From Sodaliphilus sp. (GTDB lineage Bacteria > Bacteroidota > Bacteroidia > Bacteroidales > Muribaculaceae): a DNA stretch of 64,000 nt. Location of the stretch: positions 16,770 through 80,769 of the forward strand of contig JAZQJW010000077.1 of assembly GCA_045541835.1 (NCBI GenBank). Direction: 5' to 3'. Numbering within the stretch: position 1 is the first letter of the stretch; each line of letters starts with the position of its first letter. Shown here in pieces: positions 17,688-28,935 of this stretch. The position numbers were made by a program, and so were the translations under genes. The notes under the pieces are model-generated. The model was not told where the DNA came from. It made no database searches and saw only the letters and a list, made by a program, of their open reading frames with translations.

Positions 17688-18758
17688 TCAATCCATATTG
17701 GTGATTTCACCCCTGTATAAATCGTCGGCCATGTGTAGGATGAGGTCATGAAGTTCCAGATTCTCCTTATAGTACTGTGGGATGACCTCATAACCAAGCG
17801 CGGCACCCAGGATATTGCCGGTGATGGCACCCGTGCTGTCGCTGTCGCCGGCATGGTTGACAGCGGCAACCATGGCTTGCTCAAAGTTGTCCATATAGCG
17901 AAGGGCACAATACATGGCTATCGCCAGTGCCTCCTCGCCCGTCCATCCGCCACCGAACTTCTCTACATCAGCCACGGGATGCTGGCGGTTGTAGGACCTC
18001 AGGATGGCCAATTCGGTCAGATTTTCCATGCAATCCACATCGGCCCGATGCTGGGGGAAGAGTTTTTTCATCGTCTCAATTCCCTCACGATAGCAAGCCT
18101 CCATGGATTCACGAGAGGGGTGCTCATCCAGCGCCAAGCGGTAGATGATGTGAGCATCGAGCGCCGCAGAGATGAAGCCCAACGGATGGAGGTGGGTGAT
18201 TGCGGCGGCTTCGGCGGCCACACGGTCGGCAGTTTCAATCGGCATATCGTGGGCAACGGCAAACAGGGCAATGGGGGCCACCCTCATCACACCGCCGCAG
18301 CCCTTGCTGTAGTTGTCAGGAACCTGACCTTTATGGATGGAGCGGAGGGCCGACAGGCAGGTATTGCCAGGGGCACGACGTGCAGCCAGCTTGGGGAACC
18401 GCCCAATCCAGCAGTCATCATATTGATTGGATTTCTCACCCGTCTGGCCCAAGAACCACTGCAAGTAGGCACGGCAGATGGCTCTTCGGGGCTCGGATGC
18501 TTGTTGAGCGGCTAACAGCAAGCCATTGGCCGTGTAGAGTGTCATCTGGGTGTCGTCCGAGATGAGAGCCTCGCCCGATTTTTCCTCGTCATCGAGCCAC
18601 GCCGGGTCCATGTCATAGCGAGTGATGCCCTGGGGGCCATATCTTTCCTGTATCTCGGCAAAAGAGCTGAAAAACTCAACCGGATAACCCAAGGCGTCGC
18701 CGACGGCGCCACCAACCATTGCTCCACGGATGCGGTCTTGTAAAGTATTCATTTTCAT
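17688..18758 (-). CDS. ADP-ribosylglycohydrolase family protein (DraG/ARH-like)
   Basis: RIRGAMVGGAVGDALGYPVEF and HAGDSDSTGAITGNILGA are the family's metal-binding motifs. Start placed at MKMNTLQDR. Confidence 0.8.
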   Translation of the reverse strand: MKMNTLQDRIRGAMVGGAVGDALGYPVEFFSSFAEIQERYGPQGITRYDMDPAWLDDEEKSGEALISDDTQMTLYTANGLLLAAQQASEPRRAICRAYLQWFLGQTGEKSNQYDDCWIGRFPKLAARRAPGNTCLSALRSIHKGQVPDNYSKGCGGVMRVAPIALFAVAHDMPIETADRVAAEAAAITHLHPLGFISAALDAHIIYRLALDEHPSRESMEACYREGIETMKKLFPQHRADVDCMENLTELAILRSYNRQHPVADVEKFGGGWTGEEALAIAMYCALRYMDNFEQAMVAAVNHAGDSDSTGAITGNILGAALGYEVIPQYYKENLELHDLILHMADDLYRGEITNMD

Positions 18759-18922
18759 ATCTTTATTAATAGCGTTTCTAATATACGACCTACCCTTAAT
18801 GATATCATAGAGGGAGAAGTAACCCAAAATCCATCACTTTTTCATCAAGGGAGCCATTGAGGGGCTGTCTTAACGTCTGCATGCAGCAGCGTTCCAACGC
18901 CGTAGCCCAGACCCACAGGAGG

Positions 18923-20572
18923 CTACAGGCTGATGGCCTTGACTTGAGCCTCGAAGGTGTCGCGGTCGCCCAAGGCACCGTTCTTGATCTTGGCCCGGTA
19001 GTTATAGATGGTATTGACCGAGTAGTGCAGGAACTCGGCGATGCGGCTGCTGTCCTCAATGCCCAAGCGGATGAGGGCAAAGATGCGTATGTCGGTATTG
19101 AGTACACCGTCTTCGGACAGCTCGATGCGGCACTCGGGGCGCAGCAAGGCGTTGAAGTCGTTGACAAAGTTGGGGAACAGGTGCAGGAAGGTGGTGTCGA
19201 ACATCCCATAGAGTTCCGTCAAGTTCTTGTCACGCAGGTCGTTGCCCTCGGTGAACTTGTACAATGCATCCAAATCCCTGCTCTTGACCATCTTGTGAAT
19301 GCGTTTGCGCATCTCATCCAGGCGGTCGATGTAGAAGGAGCACAGGTGGATGAAACGTCCCACATACTCGTCCTTGACACGGTTTGACTCGGCCAGCTTG
19401 GCATTGGTCTCGCGCATCTGGCTATTGAGGTCCTTGAGCTGAGCATTGAGTTGTGCTAATTGTGTGTTACTGTCGCTCAACTCGTTACGCGCTCTGGCGA
19501 GTTTCTTGCGCTGGCTGTTGCTGTAGAAGAGGATGACGAGCAGCAGTCCCGCCAACAGACTTGCTACGGTAACCAGTGCCAGCAGCAGATGGTTAGCACG
19601 CTTGAGTGACGCCTCGTAGTTGTCGCTGATGGCAGTCATCACGGGCGAAATCTGGTTGTTGCGCTTCAGGGTATTGAACTTGCTGGCGCATTGCCAGGCG
19701 AAGCGGATGTAACGGTAGGCACGCTCCATGTCGCCGTCAGTCATCAGCATGTTGGCCAACTCCCACATAGCGCCCTGGTCCATCACGGCATTTGTCACGT
19801 CGCTCAACGCCGATTGGGTCACCCAATAGCGTGCCTGGACCGAGTCGCCCATCAGCGAGTAGTCCAGGTAGCGGTAGAAGGCCACGATGGCATAAGCATG
19901 AGAGCCTTTCTCGACCTGCCGCAAGCGCTTGTCATTATAGGCGAGGGCGCCCTTGGCATCCTGTGCGCCGAAGCATTCCAACTCCCTGAACTGCAAGTAT
20001 TCATCTGTACCGTCGGTCGCTGCGGTGATGCGGCTGTTGTACTCATCCCGCCGAGCATAATAACCACGCTGCAACGAGGGCACCTTGCAATAATAGCCCA
20101 ATTCGCCATAGAGGTGCCCCATGGCGATGTTGTAACGCCTCAGGTTAGCGGCGTCCAACCGTTGCTCATCGATGTCCTGCAACAGGTCGGCCGCCTCGTG
20201 ATACATACCCGTCTCGGAGCACTGGTAGGCCAGTTCCAGGCGGCACTCGTCGACACGTGACTGGTCGCCCATGTCTCGAGCCAGCAAGATGCACTTGCCC
20301 AAATAGAACACGGCTGAGTCGTTCACATAGGAGTGGTACTCCTCGTACAAGCCATGACACAGGTCATACTGCGCATTCACGGCACGCGTGACTTCAAGTG
20401 CAGTCTTGAGTTTGGCGATGCGTGCCTCACGTGCCTTCACATACTCCTCGCTCCGCTCGATGGCCTTGTCCAAACGCCTGTACTCCTGCAGCAGGTCTAT
20501 ATCCCCGGCATACATCGCCTGCACCACTGCCACCATCATCAGCAAGGTGACCAATATTCTGTGATTATTCAT
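18923..20572 (-). CDS. Membrane-spanning TPR-like sensor with a C-terminal HTH (DUF6377-type regulator found next to PULs)
   Basis: Signal peptide, helical repeat region, TM helix (LLALVTVASLLAGLLLVILFY), coiled coil, C-terminal IFALIRLGIEDSSRIAEFLHYSVNTIYNYRAKIK. Divergent from SusC. Confidence 0.7.
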   Translation of the reverse strand: MNNHRILVTLLMMVAVVQAMYAGDIDLLQEYRRLDKAIERSEEYVKAREARIAKLKTALEVTRAVNAQYDLCHGLYEEYHSYVNDSAVFYLGKCILLARDMGDQSRVDECRLELAYQCSETGMYHEAADLLQDIDEQRLDAANLRRYNIAMGHLYGELGYYCKVPSLQRGYYARRDEYNSRITAATDGTDEYLQFRELECFGAQDAKGALAYNDKRLRQVEKGSHAYAIVAFYRYLDYSLMGDSVQARYWVTQSALSDVTNAVMDQGAMWELANMLMTDGDMERAYRYIRFAWQCASKFNTLKRNNQISPVMTAISDNYEASLKRANHLLLALVTVASLLAGLLLVILFYSNSQRKKLARARNELSDSNTQLAQLNAQLKDLNSQMRETNAKLAESNRVKDEYVGRFIHLCSFYIDRLDEMRKRIHKMVKSRDLDALYKFTEGNDLRDKNLTELYGMFDTTFLHLFPNFVNDFNALLRPECRIELSEDGVLNTDIRIFALIRLGIEDSSRIAEFLHYSVNTIYNYRAKIKNGALGDRDTFEAQVKAISL

Positions 20573-20927
20573 CAGGTTTATATCAATATTAGAAGATGTC
20601 GCAAATATAGGTCTAAAAGTTCAAATAGCACCCCAAAACACCCCAAAAAACGTCAAAAATGACGGTTTCTGTCACTTTGTATTACTACATTTTAACCACT
20701 TTTTAACGATTGGGAGATACTCATAACATCCTATATGACAGATGATTCGTTTTTTTAGGTGGATAAAATCATCCACTTTTTCATTGCTCACACGAACACA
20801 CCTTATATTATTAGACTAAATTTGCGATGTTGATGCCGCCAAATAACAGGCACTCCAGCACAAGCAAAAAACATAACCTGACCGAATAACCAACATTTTT
20901 TTAATCAACCATAATAACAAATGTAAC

Positions 20928-23900
20928 ATGAAAGAGAAGAGATTACTTTCACTGCTGTTGACAGTCATGCTGGCAATAGTGGCATTTGCACAAAACAGGA
21001 CCTTCACGGGCACCGTCGTTGACGCCAACGGCGAGCCGGTGATTGGCGCGACGATTGTGCAAAAGGGAACGTCGAACACCACTGTTACGGACTTCGACGG
21101 CAATTTCTCCATCAACGCTCCCGCAGGAGCCGAATTGGAAATCACTTATGTGGGCTATGGCAAGCAGACCGTGCTTGCCGGCAATGACATGCACATCATT
21201 CTCACCGAAGACGCCGAGTTGCTTAACGAGGTGGTCGTGATCGGTTACGGTGTGCAAAAGAAGAGCGTCGTGACGGCTTCGATTGCCAAGGTATCGGCCG
21301 AAGACCTCAAGGGCAAGACTCGCCTGCGTGCCGAGGATGCCCTGAAGGGTATGGCCGCTGGTGTTAACGTCACCTCCTCATCGGGTCAGCCCGGATCGCA
21401 GTCGATGATCCGCATCCGCGGTATCGGCACCATCAACGACTCCAACCCCCTCTACATCATTGACGGCATGCCCACCGACCAGTATGGTATGGAGAGCGTG
21501 AACCCCAACGACATCGAGAGCATGGAGGTGCTGAAGGATGCCGCCTCGGGCGCCATCTACGGTGCACGTGCCGCCAACGGTGTCAGCCTCGTCACCACGA
21601 GGAAGGGTAAGATGGGCAAGGCCAACATCAACTACGACTTCTCGTACGGCTGGCAGAGCCCTTGGAAGCACCGCGACGTGACGGGTGCCGTTGACTATGC
21701 CATCCTGCAGAACGAGCGCCGCGTACAGAACGGTCTGGCTCCGCTCTACCCGGATCCCAACAACCTGATTGACGCCAATGGTGAAAAGATTGTCGGTTTC
21801 GGTACCGACTGGCAGGAACTGCTCTTCAATAAGAATGCTCCCGTCATGCAGCATGACGTGAGCGTGAGCGGTGCATCCGAGAAGGTAAATTACTACCTCT
21901 CACTGGGTTATTTCACCCAGGACGGTATCGTGGGCGGCAACTATGGCCAGTCAAACTATAACCGATTGACCATCCGCACCAACAATCAGTTCAACATCCT
22001 CGACGCCACCAAGGAGCGCAACTTCCTCAACAATGTTGTCCTGGGCGCAAACCTTTCCTACATGCGCGTGCACAGCACCGGCATTGATGCCAACTCGACC
22101 TGGGGCTCACCGCTGGGTTCAGCCCTGTATCTGGCTCCCACCCTGCCCGTTGTACTGAAGGGTGATAAGGCTCAGGAAATGATTGACCGCTACAACTCCT
22201 ATGACCTGTACAGGGACGAGGCAGGCAACCCCTACACCATCCCCGGCTTCATCGGCAGCTATCAGGAGCAGAACAACCCCATCGCCATGATGCATGGCAA
22301 CCCCAACAAGAACTGGAGCCACAAGTTCATGCCCAAGTTCTCGGTTGACGTGCAGTTGTGGGATGCATTGAAGTATCACTTCACCTACAGCGCCGAGCTC
22401 TCCTTCTGGGGCTACAATGGCGCCATCCTGCAAGAGTACTACCTCTCGGGTAACAACAATGCCGACCACACCGAGGCCTCGGCCTTCAAGGGCAACAACT
22501 GCACTTGGCAGATTGAGAACACCGTGACCTACGACAAAATCTTCGGCAAGCACTCCATCGGTATCGTGCTCGGCCAGAGTGCCTTGAAGTTCAAGGGCGA
22601 CGAGTTGGGTGGTTCACACTGGTATCTCGTGAATCCCGACAAGCCCAGCATCAACTATACCACCGGCGGTGATTTGGAACTCTCTACCGATGCCGACGGC
22701 AAGGTGACTGGCGCCAAGAGCCTTGTCGGTGTCTGGGGAGGCCCCTACACCGAGCATCGCCTGGCATCTCTGTTCGCTCGTTTGAGCTACAACTATGACG
22801 AGCGCTATATGCTCCAGGCTACCGTCCGTCGTGACGGCTCGAGCCGTTTCGGTTCCAAGCACAAGTTTGGTATCTTCCCCTCGTTCTCGGTGGGTTGGAA
22901 CATCATGAATGAGAAGTTCATGGAGAACCAGCGCGACTGGCTGAACAACATGAAGCTGCGTTTCAGCTGGGGTAAGAACGGTAACGACAATATCGGCGAC
23001 TTCGCCTATACCACACTGACAGCACTGGGCAACACCAGTAACTACTACTTCGGACAGACCGCATCCATGGTTTACGGTTCCAAGGCCAACCGTCTGGCTA
23101 ACGAAGACCTGAAGTGGGAGGAGAGTGAACAGACCGACCTGGGTCTCGACCTCGGTTTCTGGAACAACAAGCTGACCTTCAGCTTTGACTACTACATCAA
23201 GAAGACCAACGGCATGATTATTGAAATGCCGATTCCCAGCTACGTGGGTGAGGCCCGTCCGTTGGCCAACGTCGGTGACATGGAGAACAGCGGTGTCGAG
23301 TTTGAACTCGGCTACAGGTGGAACATCTCGGATGCCCACTTTGCCCTGAAGGGTAATGCTTCCTATCTGAAGAACAAGCTGAAAAATCTGGGTAACGACA
23401 CGGGCTTCCTGAACTACGGTATCAACCAGTTCAGCGATGGTGGCACACGCGCCGAGAACGGCCAGCCATTCCCCTTCTTCTATGGCTACAAGACCGACGG
23501 TATCCTGCAGACCAAGGCCGAGGCCGACGCCTACAATGCCATGTATGGCACGACGTCCAACCCCGGTGACTTCCGCTTCGTGGACACCAACGGTGACAAC
23601 AAGATCAACAGTGACGACCGCACCAACATCGGTAACGGTGTGCCCGACTGGACCTATGGCCTGACCTTTGACTTTGACTGGAAGGGCATCGACTTTGGCG
23701 TCTTCTTCCAGGGCGTGAGCGGTGCCGACGTGTTCGACGCCACCTACCGCCAGGATGTTGCCTCGGGTAACTATCCCACTTGGGTGCTCCAGCGTTGGAC
23801 TGGTGAAGGCACCAGCGACAAGGTTCCCACCCTTGGTGACTCGAAGAACTGGGTTTGCAGCGACATGTATATCCAAGACGGCAGCTACCTGCGCTTGAAG

Positions 23901-24116
23901 AACATCACGCTCGGCTACACCTTGCATGAGAGCATCACCCGCAAGGTCGGCATCAGCCGTTTGCGCATCTATGGCCGCGCCGAGAACCTCTTCACCTGGA
24001 CCAAGTACTGGGGCTTTGACCCTGAAATCGGTTCCGGTTCCACCAGCCTCGGTGTTGACTACGGTGTATATCCGCAGGCCCGCACCTACACTGTCGGAGT
24101 TAACGTTTCATTCTAA
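20928..24116 (+). CDS. SusC-like TonB-dependent outer-membrane transporter
   Basis: N-terminal CarboxypepD_reg-like segment (FTGTVVDANGEPVIGATIV), plug (IRIRGIGTINDSNPLYIIDG), 1062 aa, C-terminal ...VGVNVSF. Followed by SusD. Confidence 0.95.
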   Translation: MKEKRLLSLLLTVMLAIVAFAQNRTFTGTVVDANGEPVIGATIVQKGTSNTTVTDFDGNFSINAPAGAELEITYVGYGKQTVLAGNDMHIILTEDAELLNEVVVIGYGVQKKSVVTASIAKVSAEDLKGKTRLRAEDALKGMAAGVNVTSSSGQPGSQSMIRIRGIGTINDSNPLYIIDGMPTDQYGMESVNPNDIESMEVLKDAASGAIYGARAANGVSLVTTRKGKMGKANINYDFSYGWQSPWKHRDVTGAVDYAILQNERRVQNGLAPLYPDPNNLIDANGEKIVGFGTDWQELLFNKNAPVMQHDVSVSGASEKVNYYLSLGYFTQDGIVGGNYGQSNYNRLTIRTNNQFNILDATKERNFLNNVVLGANLSYMRVHSTGIDANSTWGSPLGSALYLAPTLPVVLKGDKAQEMIDRYNSYDLYRDEAGNPYTIPGFIGSYQEQNNPIAMMHGNPNKNWSHKFMPKFSVDVQLWDALKYHFTYSAELSFWGYNGAILQEYYLSGNNNADHTEASAFKGNNCTWQIENTVTYDKIFGKHSIGIVLGQSALKFKGDELGGSHWYLVNPDKPSINYTTGGDLELSTDADGKVTGAKSLVGVWGGPYTEHRLASLFARLSYNYDERYMLQATVRRDGSSRFGSKHKFGIFPSFSVGWNIMNEKFMENQRDWLNNMKLRFSWGKNGNDNIGDFAYTTLTALGNTSNYYFGQTASMVYGSKANRLANEDLKWEESEQTDLGLDLGFWNNKLTFSFDYYIKKTNGMIIEMPIPSYVGEARPLANVGDMENSGVEFELGYRWNISDAHFALKGNASYLKNKLKNLGNDTGFLNYGINQFSDGGTRAENGQPFPFFYGYKTDGILQTKAEADAYNAMYGTTSNPGDFRFVDTNGDNKINSDDRTNIGNGVPDWTYGLTFDFDWKGIDFGVFFQGVSGADVFDATYRQDVASGNYPTWVLQRWTGEGTSDKVPTLGDSKNWVCSDMYIQDGSYLRLKNITLGYTLHESITRKVGISRLRIYGRAENLFTWTKYWGFDPEIGSGSTSLGVDYGVYPQARTYTVGVNVSF

Positions 24117-24140
24117 CAATCCCCTAAAGAAATTATCAAT

Positions 24141-25742
24141 ATGAAAAAGCATATTTCAATAAATTTGGCTGCGCCTCAGCTATTGAAAAAAGTTTTCATA
24201 GCATTCGGCTTGCACAAATTGTCTATCATAGCAGGTTTGTGTGTCGCTGCGTTTGCGCTCACTTCTTGTGGCGAGGATTTTCTTGATGTGAAGAACCCCA
24301 CGGGCGAACCTCTCGAGGAGTACTACACCAGCGAGGAAACCCTCAACGAGGCCCTCACCGCGGCCTATGCTCCCCTGCACTGGCCCGACTGGGACGGAAC
24401 GGCCTACAACGACCTCACTGTTGACGGTGAGATCATGGGCGATGACTTCTGGGTAGGCGGTGCCGACAACACCGACAACCAGCACTGGCACCGTCTGTTC
24501 AACTTCGAAGCCGACGGCAACAACACCCTGGCCACCCTGTGGGGTGACTTCTACAGCGGCATCAAGCGTTGCAACGATGCCATCAAGTATGCCTCTTGGG
24601 AGGGAAGCGCCAGCTCCACTTTCCGTCGTTCGATGGAGATGCAGGCCCGTCTGCTTCGCGTGTACTATTATAATATCCTGTGGCACTACTATGGCAACGT
24701 GCCCTTCTATCTGGAGAACCTCTCGCAGCCTTACACAGCTCCGCAGATCACGGCCGACGAGATTTACAACCAGCTCTTGCCGGAGCTCGAGGACATTATC
24801 GCCTCGAACGTTCTGCCGATGCGTTGGTCTAACGCCGAATCCGGTCGCGTGAGCCAGGCCTTTGCCTACATGCTCTATGCCGAGATGGTCATGTACCAGA
24901 ACGATCAGGCCCGTTATCCTCAGGCTCTCGCTTACATGAAGCAGATTATCGGCGACAGCAGCTACAAGCTCAATCCCAGCTTCCGTGACCTGTGGCAGGA
25001 GAGCGGCGAGTGGTGCGCCGAGAGCATCTTCGAGATCAACTACAACGACGACCAGGCTCAGCGTGACTGGGGCACCTCGATGGCCGCCGGTGGTACCGTA
25101 TTCCCCACGCTCTGCTCGCCTAACGGCTGGGGCGGTGGCGAAGGCTGGGACAGCGGCGCCGACGGTTGGGGCTTCCTGCCCATGCGCGAGGAGACATACA
25201 ACATGTATGCCGAGGGTGACCTGCGTCGTGATGTCACCTGCTGGGACGTGCGTGGTTACAGCTACACCGAGCGCTACCAGGATACCCACATCTGGCACGG
25301 CAAGTATCGTCCCCAGTCGGACAACAACAAGGACTGCCCGACCTCCAAGAACCTGAACTATAACAACAACAAGCGCATCTACCGCTATGCCGAGACTCTG
25401 CTCAACGCTGCCGAGTTGATCCTGCTGACCGGAGGCAACGCCGCCGAGGCTGCCGGCTATGTTAATGAGGTACGCGCGCGTGCCGGTCTTCCCGCCTTGA
25501 CCACCGTGACCATCGACGACATCTTCACCGAGCGTCACCTGGAATTCTGCGGCGAAGGCAAGCGCTACTTCGACCTCGTGCGTGCCGAGGGCATCCCCGG
25601 CGCCACTCAGAAGGCTTCTACCGTGCTGGTTCCCGACAGTTACGGCTATCGCACCAATAGCTGGACTCCGAGCAAGAAGTACATCCCTCTGGCTCAGAGC
25701 GAGCTTGATGCTGACCCCTCGCTGGTTCAGAATAACTATTGA
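24141..25742 (+). CDS. SusD/RagB-family outer-membrane lipoprotein
   Basis: Lipobox FALTSCG, SusD-like TPR core, and position directly after SusC. Uses TGA as its stop. Confidence 0.9.
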   Translation: MKKHISINLAAPQLLKKVFIAFGLHKLSIIAGLCVAAFALTSCGEDFLDVKNPTGEPLEEYYTSEETLNEALTAAYAPLHWPDWDGTAYNDLTVDGEIMGDDFWVGGADNTDNQHWHRLFNFEADGNNTLATLWGDFYSGIKRCNDAIKYASWEGSASSTFRRSMEMQARLLRVYYYNILWHYYGNVPFYLENLSQPYTAPQITADEIYNQLLPELEDIIASNVLPMRWSNAESGRVSQAFAYMLYAEMVMYQNDQARYPQALAYMKQIIGDSSYKLNPSFRDLWQESGEWCAESIFEINYNDDQAQRDWGTSMAAGGTVFPTLCSPNGWGGGEGWDSGADGWGFLPMREETYNMYAEGDLRRDVTCWDVRGYSYTERYQDTHIWHGKYRPQSDNNKDCPTSKNLNYNNNKRIYRYAETLLNAAELILLTGGNAAEAAGYVNEVRARAGLPALTTVTIDDIFTERHLEFCGEGKRYFDLVRAEGIPGATQKASTVLVPDSYGYRTNSWTPSKKYIPLAQSELDADPSLVQNNY

Positions 25743-25774
25743 TATATAAATCAGTCATTCAGATACTAAAGATT

Positions 25775-27715
25775 ATGATTAGCAAGATCAACAAAATAAG
25801 CAGCGCATTTGCAGTCCTGGGTTCATTCTTGTTGGCTGTTGGCTTTGCTGCGTGCACACCGGAGAGTTTCTACGGTGCTGACCCCAATGATGTCCCCACC
25901 GTGAGTGGCGTGGACTTCCAGATTGCTGTCGATCAGGAGACCAACCAGATGATTGCGAAATACACTCCAGAGGCTGGCGTCTATCCTGTATGGATCCTTG
26001 ACGGTACGTCCTACTCTACCCTGCAAGAGGTAGGTTACAAGAACACCGAGGCTGGCACTCACACCATTGAGCTCCGCCTTGGTAACCGTAACGGCATCAG
26101 CCAGACGGGTATCAAGAAGGAATACACCTTCAACGAGTCCAAGATTGACTACACGAACGACTTCAAGCGCATCACCGAGAAGGAGTGGCGCATCGACTAC
26201 AGCGAGGTGGCCCACATGGCTTGCGGTCCTGCCGGAACTGCCGGAACTGGATGGTGGTCGGCACAGCCTGGCGAGAAGAAAGACTTCGGTGTCTATGACG
26301 ACCGACTCACCTTCACTGCCGAGAACCGTAAGGGCGGCACCTTCACCTACAATGCCGGAGAGGACGGCTTGACCTATGTGAACGAAGGTACCACCAAATG
26401 GGGCAAGCAGAGTCCCGACTGGGATGCCACTATCGGCAACCAGACGGCCAGTTGGACCTTTGAGGTGTATGACTGGGAGGATGCCGACGGCAACGTGAGC
26501 AAGCAGACCTATATCCAACTGGCTCCCAACACTGCCTTCCCCTACATCAGCAGTGATGCCCAGTACGAAAACCCCAAGTTCCGCATTGAGTCATTGACGG
26601 CCAAGAAGATGGTCCTCGTCTATGATGCTCCCGACCGTGGTATCGCATGGCGCTTCATCTTCACCAGCGAGCCCGAGGAGAAGGAATTCGACGGCTTCGA
26701 CCCGAACAGCGACTTCAACATGTGGAAGAATGTGGATTACACTATGTTCTTCTGGTATGCTCCGGGTTGGAATCAGATTGCTGATCCCGGCTTTGAGGCC
26801 AACGGTAACGAGTATACTGTCTTCCTGCCCGAGGCAACCACCGATCAGTGGCAGGCACAGATGGCCTTCAAGACCACCAACATCTCGACCTCGGCCAGCA
26901 AGAATTATGACTTCTCGTGCATCCTCAACAGCGACAAGGACATTAACGGTGTTACCGTGAAACTCGTGATGGACGGCGATGACAACGTTTTCTACTTTGC
27001 CGACCGCATCGACCTGAAGGCTGGTCAGGATTATATCTTCTGGAAGAGTGATATGCCCGGTATCGACATGGAGCGTGTGAACCTGTTCTTCGACTTCGGC
27101 GGTTGCCCGGCCGGTACCACCGTCAACATCTCGAACATCGTCCTCAAGGACCATGCCAACGATGACGGCACCGTGCTGCCCGTGACTCCCGACGAGCCCA
27201 CCGTGGAGTGGGTTGACGTGAACTCGCCCGAGAACCTGGGTGCAGGCTTCAACACCGCCGGCTCGATGAGTTTCTGGTGGGCTGATGCCGGTTGGATTCA
27301 GATTGCTGATCCCACCTTCTCGTTTGCCAATGGTGTTTACACCATCCAGGCCGACAATGGTACCGTATCGGAGTGGCAGGCCCAGTGCGCCATCAACGGC
27401 GTACCCCTGCACATCGAGCAAGGCCAGGCCTATGACGTTCGCGTAACCATCAACTCCAATATGGAATTGGGACGCATGACCCTCAAGGTCAACAAGGATC
27501 CCGATGTGGAGAACGATCCCAACACGTTGTGCTACAAGAACAACTTCACCCTCGAAGACGGTGAAAACGTCCTCCAAATCATTGGTGTCGTTGCCAAGAA
27601 CGGCGATCAAGAGATTTCGTTTGACCAAGGTAAGTTCATCCTGGACTTCGGTGGCTGTCCCGCCGGATTTGTTGCCAAGGTGAGCGACATCATCATCCAA
27701 AAGCATAAGGATTAA
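25775..27715 (+). CDS. Surface lipoprotein, probable glycan-binding protein of the PUL
   Basis: Lipobox LLAVGFAACT at the start chosen (ATG 25775). Sits in the third PUL position. Internal duplication (FDFGGCPAGT... / LDFGGCPAGF...). Confidence 0.7.
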   Translation: MISKINKISSAFAVLGSFLLAVGFAACTPESFYGADPNDVPTVSGVDFQIAVDQETNQMIAKYTPEAGVYPVWILDGTSYSTLQEVGYKNTEAGTHTIELRLGNRNGISQTGIKKEYTFNESKIDYTNDFKRITEKEWRIDYSEVAHMACGPAGTAGTGWWSAQPGEKKDFGVYDDRLTFTAENRKGGTFTYNAGEDGLTYVNEGTTKWGKQSPDWDATIGNQTASWTFEVYDWEDADGNVSKQTYIQLAPNTAFPYISSDAQYENPKFRIESLTAKKMVLVYDAPDRGIAWRFIFTSEPEEKEFDGFDPNSDFNMWKNVDYTMFFWYAPGWNQIADPGFEANGNEYTVFLPEATTDQWQAQMAFKTTNISTSASKNYDFSCILNSDKDINGVTVKLVMDGDDNVFYFADRIDLKAGQDYIFWKSDMPGIDMERVNLFFDFGGCPAGTTVNISNIVLKDHANDDGTVLPVTPDEPTVEWVDVNSPENLGAGFNTAGSMSFWWADAGWIQIADPTFSFANGVYTIQADNGTVSEWQAQCAINGVPLHIEQGQAYDVRVTINSNMELGRMTLKVNKDPDVENDPNTLCYKNNFTLEDGENVLQIIGVVAKNGDQEISFDQGKFILDFGGCPAGFVAKVSDIIIQKHKD

Positions 27716-27810
27716 TGATAAGGGACTCAGGTCGGTGAAGTTGATTCTTCACCGACCTGATAACCCTTGATTATAACTTAGTGAATGGGGTATCATATCA
27801 ACTATTCAAA

Positions 27811-28914
27811 ATGAAACGATACATACTTTGTACACTGTTGCTGTCATTTGCTGCAGTCCTCTGGGGTTGCGGTGGAGACGGCAAAGACGAGCCCACGCCC
27901 ACGGTGAACATCAGTGTCTCGCAGGAGAGCATCGCTGTGCCCGCTTCCGGTGGCACCTACACCATCACCGTCAACACTACGGGCAAGGAGTGGGGAGCCT
28001 ATGTCGACCAGGATTTCATCTTGATTGACATGCGCAACACCACGTCCCAGTCAGGCACAATCAGGGTCACCGTTCCCGCAAACCCGATGACCAGTGCCCG
28101 CACGGGTACCGTAACCATCATGTCCGGAGCAGCCCGCAAGGCCATCAGCGTCTCGCAGGAAGCAGCCGAAGAGTCGGCCTACAACGCCCCTGATGGCTAC
28201 CAACTCGTGTGGAACGATGAGTTTGACAGAGGCTCGGAACTGAATGGCAACGACTGGACCCACGAGGTGAAGAACAGCGGCTGGGTCAACCATGAGTTGC
28301 AGAACTACGTGAACCACAAGACGCCCGAAGGCCGCCTTGTCACCGAGATCAGGGACGGCAAACTGCGCATCACTGCCCTCAAGGAGAACGGCAAGGTGTA
28401 TTCCGGACGCGTGTATGCCAAAGTGAGGGAAGGCTGGAAGTATGGCTACATCGAGGCCAGCATCAAGTTGCCGAAGGGCAAGGGCACCTGGCCCGCCTTC
28501 TGGATGATGCCAGTGAACTTCAGAGCATGGCCTGACGATGGTGAGATTGATATCATGGAAGAGGTGGGTTACCACCCCGACTATGTGTCATCGAGTCTGC
28601 ATGCCAAGTCCCATGTGCACTCCAACGGCACACAGGTGACCCATGAGATGTACTGCAAGGGCGCCGAGGGCGAGTTCCACACCTATGCCATCGAGTGGAA
28701 GGCCGATAACATCACCACCTATGTCGACGGCAAGGTGCAACTGAGTTACGACAACCGTGGCCTGGGCCGTGACGACTGGCCCTACGATGACCCGTTCTAC
28801 GTCATCCTCAACCTCGCTTGGGGTGGAGACTGGGGTGGAGCCCAAGGCGTTGACGAGAATGCCCTTCCCGCCACGATGGAAGTGGACTACGTGCGCGTTT
28901 TCCAAAAGAAATAA
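27811..28914 (+). CDS. BACON domain + glycoside hydrolase family 16 endo-beta-1,3(4)-glucanase (laminarinase-like)
   Basis: Lipobox VLWGCGG; BACON-like ISVSQESIAVPASGGTYTITV; GH16 catalytic motif GEIDIMEEVG. Confidence 0.9.
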   Translation: MKRYILCTLLLSFAAVLWGCGGDGKDEPTPTVNISVSQESIAVPASGGTYTITVNTTGKEWGAYVDQDFILIDMRNTTSQSGTIRVTVPANPMTSARTGTVTIMSGAARKAISVSQEAAEESAYNAPDGYQLVWNDEFDRGSELNGNDWTHEVKNSGWVNHELQNYVNHKTPEGRLVTEIRDGKLRITALKENGKVYSGRVYAKVREGWKYGYIEASIKLPKGKGTWPAFWMMPVNFRAWPDDGEIDIMEEVGYHPDYVSSSLHAKSHVHSNGTQVTHEMYCKGAEGEFHTYAIEWKADNITTYVDGKVQLSYDNRGLGRDDWPYDDPFYVILNLAWGGDWGGAQGVDENALPATMEVDYVRVFQKK

Positions 28915-28935
28915 CGCTTTAATCCAAAAAACTCT